From the NCBI GenBank assembly GCA_041615815.1, contig JBFJCP010000002.1:96001-160000 (forward strand): a DNA stretch of 64,000 nt, written 5' to 3'. Positions 59,249 through 64,000 of the stretch are shown here, in pieces. The notes under the pieces were generated by a model. The model worked only from the letters and a program-made list of their open reading frames with translations. It searched no databases and was not told the origin of the DNA. This DNA comes from Gemmatimonadales bacterium. Lineage in GTDB: Bacteria; Gemmatimonadota; Gemmatimonadetes; Gemmatimonadales; GWC2-71-9. The position numbers and the translations under genes were made by a program. Position 1 is the stretch's first letter. Every line of letters begins with the position of its first letter.

Positions 59249-61507
59249 ATGGATGACGAACGATCGACGCGATCCGCCTGGACCGGTGGGGCCCTGGGAT
59301 CGTTGACCGCTGTGCTCTTTCTCACCGCGCTCTTCGGATTCCTGTTCCGGTCCGGTTTCGGCACCGTTCTCGATACGGCGGCCGGACTCCTCACTGGCGC
59401 GGTGCTGCTGACGGTGCTTTCCCTCATCATGCTGTTGGTGGTCGTGATCGGGCGCCGGATCCCGGTACCATTCGTCGTCGTGGCCGGGGCCTCCGTTGGG
59501 ACACTGTTCGTCATTCAGCTGCTGTTCGATGCGATTCCCGGCCGTGGGAGCCCCTGGCCGTCAGACATCTATTACCAAACCCTCCTCGCGTTCCTCGCAG
59601 CCCACACGTTGCTTGGCGCGGCGGTGTGGATCCTGGGCACCGGGAGGTTCGGAAAACTGGGGCGGGTGGGTCGGTTCACGGCGATGGGCGTCATCGTGTC
59701 CGTCTTGCTCGTGGACGTGGCGGCGGTCGTCTGGCTGGCTCGGGAGGGGACGCTTCCCGACAACGTGACGTTGAGCATCCTCGAGCCCGAACGCGTGCCA
59801 CCGCTCGTTGGCGGCGATCCCGCAGAGCGAGGTCCCTACGTCGTTCGCACCCTCACGTACGGGAGCGGCGAGAACCCTCGCCGCCCCATGTATGCCGAGT
59901 CGGTTCAGCTCCGCACGGAGCCCGTCGACGCATCCGGCCTCCTCCCCGAATGGAAGGGGTTTCGCCAGCGCATGCGCGAACGCTACTGGGGATATGGCAT
60001 CGATCGATACCCCGTGAACGGCATCGTGTGGGCACCGGAGGGAGACGGGCCTTTCCCCCTCGTGCTCGTGGTACACGGTAATCACAGCATGGAGGAGTTT
60101 TCCGATCCCGGATACGCTTACCTCGGGGAACACCTTGCAAGCCGCGGCTTTATCGTCGTCTCCGTCGATGAGAATCTCACCAATGCTACGTGGTCCGGCG
60201 ACTTTCGTGGCAAAGAGATGCCCGTTCGGGCCTTCCTCTTGCTCAAGCACCTTCGTCAATGGCGTGAGTGGAATACCGCTCCGGACGGCCCGTTTTCCGG
60301 TCGCGTGGACCTTGAGAATATTGGTCTCATCGGCCATTCACGAGGCGGTGAGGCCGTGGCCATGGCCACGGTGTTCAACCGCGTACCGTACTCCCCGGAC
60401 AACGCCTTGGTCCCGTTCGACACGGGATTTGGCATCGAAGCCGTGATCGCCATCGCCCCCACCGATCACCGATACGTTCGTCGCATGACGGTTCACAACG
60501 TCAACTACATGACCGTACACGGTGGGTATGATACGGATGTGGAGAATTTTTACGGGATGCGGCAATACGACCGCGTGCGATTCTCTGATGGCACCTACAG
60601 ATTCAAGTTTGCGCTGTATGTCCATCATGCCAACCATGGACAGTTCAATACGGTTTGGGGACGAGAAGATACTTCGCCACCGCGGAGCTGGTTTCTGAAC
60701 ACGAAGCCGCTGATCACAGGCGCGGACCAACGTCGGATTGCCTTGATCTATGTGAGCGGGTTTCTGGAGGCTACCCTGCGGGCCCAGGCCCAGTACCTCC
60801 CGATGTTTCGCGATCCGCGGACTATCGCTCACTGGCTTCCACAAACTGGGTATCTCCATCGTTTCGAGGACACGAGCTTCCGCGCCATCGCCATCTTCGA
60901 GGAGGACCCCGACGTCACGACATCCACGGTTCCCGGCGGTCTGATTCGTGCCTCGAACGTCGATATGTGGAGTGAGCGTCCCTTGCCGTTTCGCACCGAG
61001 GAAGCGGATCAGATGAACAACGGGGTCATTTTGGGTTGGTCCGCGGTGGCTGACGATTCGGCCGTGCTTGCCGTCACGCTCCCGGAGGGGTTCACCGTTT
61101 CACCATCACATCGATGGCTCACCTTTGCCCTGACTCGCACAGCCGATCGCCTCCCCGGCGATGACGAGATCGAACTGCATTCGGACACTTCCGCATTCGC
61201 GGCAGACATCATCTTGGAAGACCGTGCTGGACGCACCGCACGGGCGGCTCTCCAAGACCTTGCTAGCATTCCTGGTCCTTTTCTCACCCCGTTGCTCTTG
61301 AAGACACAAGGTCTCTCCAATGAGACTTATGGAAAGACCTGGGAACCCATCCTGCGAACGTACGCCATTCCCGAGAGCGCCTTTCAGGCCACGGCCCTGT
61401 CGTTCGACTGGCGCCGCCTGCACGAAATTCGCTTTGTCTTCCCCAAGAACCAGAGTTCCGTCGTGATTCTGGACGATATCGGTTTGAGATCGGAGTATCA
61501 GCCATGA
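59249..61507 (+). CDS. Membrane-anchored alpha/beta hydrolase
   Basis: About five N-terminal TM helices, GPFPLVLVVHGNH, nucleophile elbow GHSRGG, HGGYD.DV, ANHGQFNT.W. Confidence 0.82.
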   Translation: MDDERSTRSAWTGGALGSLTAVLFLTALFGFLFRSGFGTVLDTAAGLLTGAVLLTVLSLIMLLVVVIGRRIPVPFVVVAGASVGTLFVIQLLFDAIPGRGSPWPSDIYYQTLLAFLAAHTLLGAAVWILGTGRFGKLGRVGRFTAMGVIVSVLLVDVAAVVWLAREGTLPDNVTLSILEPERVPPLVGGDPAERGPYVVRTLTYGSGENPRRPMYAESVQLRTEPVDASGLLPEWKGFRQRMRERYWGYGIDRYPVNGIVWAPEGDGPFPLVLVVHGNHSMEEFSDPGYAYLGEHLASRGFIVVSVDENLTNATWSGDFRGKEMPVRAFLLLKHLRQWREWNTAPDGPFSGRVDLENIGLIGHSRGGEAVAMATVFNRVPYSPDNALVPFDTGFGIEAVIAIAPTDHRYVRRMTVHNVNYMTVHGGYDTDVENFYGMRQYDRVRFSDGTYRFKFALYVHHANHGQFNTVWGREDTSPPRSWFLNTKPLITGADQRRIALIYVSGFLEATLRAQAQYLPMFRDPRTIAHWLPQTGYLHRFEDTSFRAIAIFEEDPDVTTSTVPGGLIRASNVDMWSERPLPFRTEEADQMNNGVILGWSAVADDSAVLAVTLPEGFTVSPSHRWLTFALTRTADRLPGDDEIELHSDTSAFAADIILEDRAGRTARAALQDLASIPGPFLTPLLLKTQGLSNETYGKTWEPILRTYAIPESAFQATALSFDWRRLHEIRFVFPKNQSSVVILDDIGLRSEYQP

Positions 61508-62412
61508 GCCGCCAGCCCGAGCGAGTGCGCCTTGGCTTGGAGTGGTTTCTCAATCCCGATCATGTTCCCCTCCTGGTTGCGCTCGAGCGGGATTGGCTGG
61601 CCGACGTGGGACTCGAGCTCGAACTAGTCGAGCCCCAGGAGCACCTCGACGCCGTGAAGGAGATCGAAGAAGGTCGCATGGACGTAGCCATCACCGAACC
61701 CATTCACCTCGTACAGGATGTGGCGGACGGGAAAAACGTCCTCGGCTTCGCACGATTCCTCCACACCAACGGCGGTGTCATGTACTTCCGCGACAGCGGG
61801 ATCACGCGGCCGCGGGACATGGCCGGCAAGCGAATTCAGTATCCGGGAGCGCCCGGGCCAGGTGGGCCTGCGATCGTGGCCACGATGGTCGAGGCCGACG
61901 GAGGAAAGTGCAATACGAGCCACTTCGAGCTCGTCAACAACGGTTTCTACCACACCAACGCGTTGGCCGAAGGCAAAGCGGATGTCGCGACGCTCGTGTT
62001 TTACAATTTCGAGATCATCGAGGCGCGCGCGCGCGGGTTCGACGCGCACTACTTCGCGCTGAAGGATTGGGGCGTTCCGGACTTCTGCCAGCTGATTCTG
62101 ATCACTTCCCGCTCGGTTTTCCGAAAACGCCGCGCCGCGCTCACGACACTGCTGCGGGTGCTGCGACGGGGGATTGACTTTCTCCATGAGCACCCTGCGG
62201 TAGCACAGACGATCTACCGGCAGCACACCGGCACGGATCCCAACGACGAGATGATGCGCCGGATCTTCGATGCCACCCTACATTGTTTTACCTACGATTT
62301 CTCTATGAGCGGAGAGTACTACGCGAAGCTTGGGGCGTGGATGCGGGCGCGGGGGTTGGTCTCGCGTGATCTCGATCCCGCCACGTACTGGACCAACCAA
62401 CTCGTCTTGTAG
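61504..62412 (+). CDS. NMT1/THI5-like (ThiY-type) substrate-binding-fold protein without signal peptide
   Basis: LEWFLNPDH.P, SGITRPRDMAGKRIQYPG, FYNFE, GVPDFCQLIL, WTN. ATGA overlap with the hydrolase gene. Confidence 0.82.
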   Translation: MSRQPERVRLGLEWFLNPDHVPLLVALERDWLADVGLELELVEPQEHLDAVKEIEEGRMDVAITEPIHLVQDVADGKNVLGFARFLHTNGGVMYFRDSGITRPRDMAGKRIQYPGAPGPGGPAIVATMVEADGGKCNTSHFELVNNGFYHTNALAEGKADVATLVFYNFEIIEARARGFDAHYFALKDWGVPDFCQLILITSRSVFRKRRAALTTLLRVLRRGIDFLHEHPAVAQTIYRQHTGTDPNDEMMRRIFDATLHCFTYDFSMSGEYYAKLGAWMRARGLVSRDLDPATYWTNQLVL

Positions 62413-62427
62413 GATCGCGCTACGGAG

Positions 62428-62772
62428 TTATCGCACTCGAGGCAGGCGGCCCAGATATTCCAGTGTTTCTTCCACCGTCGTGCGAAACCGGCCGAGCCCC
62501 GGCGTGGCCGCCGTGATACTGCCGTCGGCAAACCCCTTCAAGACCCCCTGACAGACTTGGGCGGCTCGCTTCAGGCGGAAGCGCCGCACGGATTCGGCAT
62601 GGTCCGACGGATGATCGCTGACGGCGATCGCCTGGACGTTGGTACGGAGGCGGTCGAGCGTAGCCTTGAAATTCTCGAGATCCGTCGTCGAGGTGTCGGA
62701 CCGCGTGAGAAACGGCTCGATCGCATCGAGCGACTGCCTGAGCTCCTCGGCCGTCCTTTTCAGTTCATTCAT
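62428..62772 (-). CDS. Hypothetical helical protein (114 aa), paralog B
   Basis: GGGAGAG RBS. Shares motifs with the upstream neighbour. Confidence 0.78.
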   Translation of the reverse strand: MNELKRTAEELRQSLDAIEPFLTRSDTSTTDLENFKATLDRLRTNVQAIAVSDHPSDHAESVRRFRLKRAAQVCQGVLKGFADGSITAATPGLGRFRTTVEETLEYLGRLPRVR

Positions 62773-62784
62773 CCATCGCTCTCC

Positions 62785-63120
62785 CTAACTCACCGTCTTG
62801 GAGATTTCGGCCACCTGAGCCAGCGTGGCGCGAAACTCACCGAGGCCGGGCGTATTGGGGGCTAACGTTTCAGCATAGAGATCCGCGAGGATCTCATCAC
62901 AAGCCTCCGTTGCCCGCCGTACGCGGATTTCGCCCAGATACCGGTTGAGATCTCCCGCCTGATGAGTCGTGAGGAACGCCCACACCTTGGTGCGGAGTAC
63001 ATCCACAGCGCCCGCCAATGCATGGATGGCCCCCGTTGCGGTGGCGGATTCGCCGGCATCGAGAACCTCGAGAGCCTCTCGCAATTCGTTGAGCGCGTTT
63101 CGGACTTCCGTGTCGCCCAT
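62785..63120 (-). CDS. Hypothetical helical protein (111 aa), paralog A
   Basis: ATG at 63120. Shares D.LRT.V.A, R..RA...C and TPGLG.FR.T with the neighbour. Confidence 0.78.
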   Translation of the reverse strand: MGDTEVRNALNELREALEVLDAGESATATGAIHALAGAVDVLRTKVWAFLTTHQAGDLNRYLGEIRVRRATEACDEILADLYAETLAPNTPGLGEFRATLAQVAEISKTVS

Positions 63121-63244
63121 ACTTGGTTCCCGTCTGGCCTTGACGGATCTTGCCAACCCGGCCCGTCCGGGGGCGGCACCCGCCATCTGCAGCCGTATCA
63201 AGATGGGGAGGAACGCGAAAGTCGCAATCCCCGAGACGAACCGC

Positions 63245-64000
63245 TCAGGCCATCGAATCGTGCGGGCGAGCTCGCAAGCGACCTACGACGACCGTCACGT
63301 TGTCGGTGCCTCCGCGCTCGAGCGCGAGATCGACCAGACGACGGCAAACGGATTCGGCCGAGGTGATGTTCCGTAGTTCAGCCTGGATCTCCGCATCCGA
63401 CACATGCTTCGTCAACCCGTCAGTGCAGAGTAGCAGCACGTCATCCCACCGGGTGTCGGTACTCGCCGTCATGGGCGTAGCCTCGGCTCCACCCAGAGCG
63501 CTCGCCAGCACGTTGCGAAACGGTGATCGCTCCGCGTCTGCGGGATCAAGCGCACCCGCATCGACAAGGGCCTGCGCAATCGTCTGGTCCTTGGACATCA
63601 TCTCGAGCTGTCCGTCGCGTAGTCGGTAACACCGACTGTCCCCCACCTGCACCAGGTACGCTCGAGGCCAGAGTACCGCGACCATCGTGACCGTGGTCGC
63701 GAGGCTTCTCTTGTCCCGTTCATGCTCTCCCTGCGCCACCAGATCACGGTGGGTGTGCCACACTGATCGTTCGAGCTCCTCCAAGAATACCTTTTCTTGT
63801 GCGGGGTCTACGCGACGGTACAACGACATCAGATTCGTGACGTATTCGGCGATAGCCTGGAGGGCCGCCGTACTCGCCTCCTTCCCATGCGAAGCACCGC
63901 CCACCCCATCGGCCACGAGAAACAGATAGCCGCGCGTTTCGGAAACGACCTGAGACAGATCCTTCACCCGGAGACTGGTCTGCCGAACACGAAGCAACTT
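63245..64000 (-). CDS. PP2C/PPM-family Ser/Thr phosphatase; 5' end lies outside the window
   Basis: VADGVGG, VGDSRCY, RNVL..ALG, LCTDGL, GGTDNVTVV. Confidence 0.92.
   Translation of the reverse strand, partial: KLLRVRQTSLRVKDLSQVVSETRGYLFLVADGVGGASHGKEASTAALQAIAEYVTNLMSLYRRVDPAQEKVFLEELERSVWHTHRDLVAQGEHERDKRSLATTVTMVAVLWPRAYLVQVGDSRCYRLRDGQLEMMSKDQTIAQALVDAGALDPADAERSPFRNVLASALGGAEATPMTASTDTRWDDVLLLCTDGLTKHVSDAEIQAELRNITSAESVCRRLVDLALERGGTDNVTVVVGRLRARPHDSMA

Overview
GC-rich (about 65% by eye), gene-dense bacterial chromosomal segment. The gene complement points to Gemmatimonadota (inference): barrel-less TonB-plug protein, Ser/Thr kinase-TM-TPR protein, exported beta-propeller and lipoproteins. 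I saw no rRNA, tRNA, CRISPR array, transposase, integrase or phage genes. Contents in order: tail of a Had/BamQ-like zinc dehydrogenase, hemerythrin-domain gene and fadE; TetR-led TolC/HlyD/ABC exporter operon (ybhGFSR-like); divergent octaheme c-type cytochrome lipoprotein; otsB; aromatic amino-acid decarboxylase coupled to a 5'-3' exonuclease; four-gene sulfur module (SQR, single-Cys TusE/DsrC, DsrE2-like, exported rhodanese) behind an AT-rich palindrome; orphan ParB-like gene; adenine/adenosine deaminase; two sigma-54-like promoters in front of small orphan ORFs; MFP-TolC-RND-RND operon; GH15, M20 and M19 peptidases, PBP1B-like, kinase, amidohydrolase pair, leaderless THI5/NMT1-like protein; and two tandem paralogous small proteins behind a PP2C phosphatase. 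Degenerate 7-9-nt tandem repeats and two ~100-bp inverted-repeat-bounded elements occur at gene junctions, one of them in frame inside an RND gene. Best novelty candidates: the sulfur module, the octaheme lipoprotein, the PP2C-linked paralog pair and the mini histidine-kinase-like ORF. All family calls come from motif recognition; no database searches were run. Many start codons were re-picked using RBS and gene overlaps.
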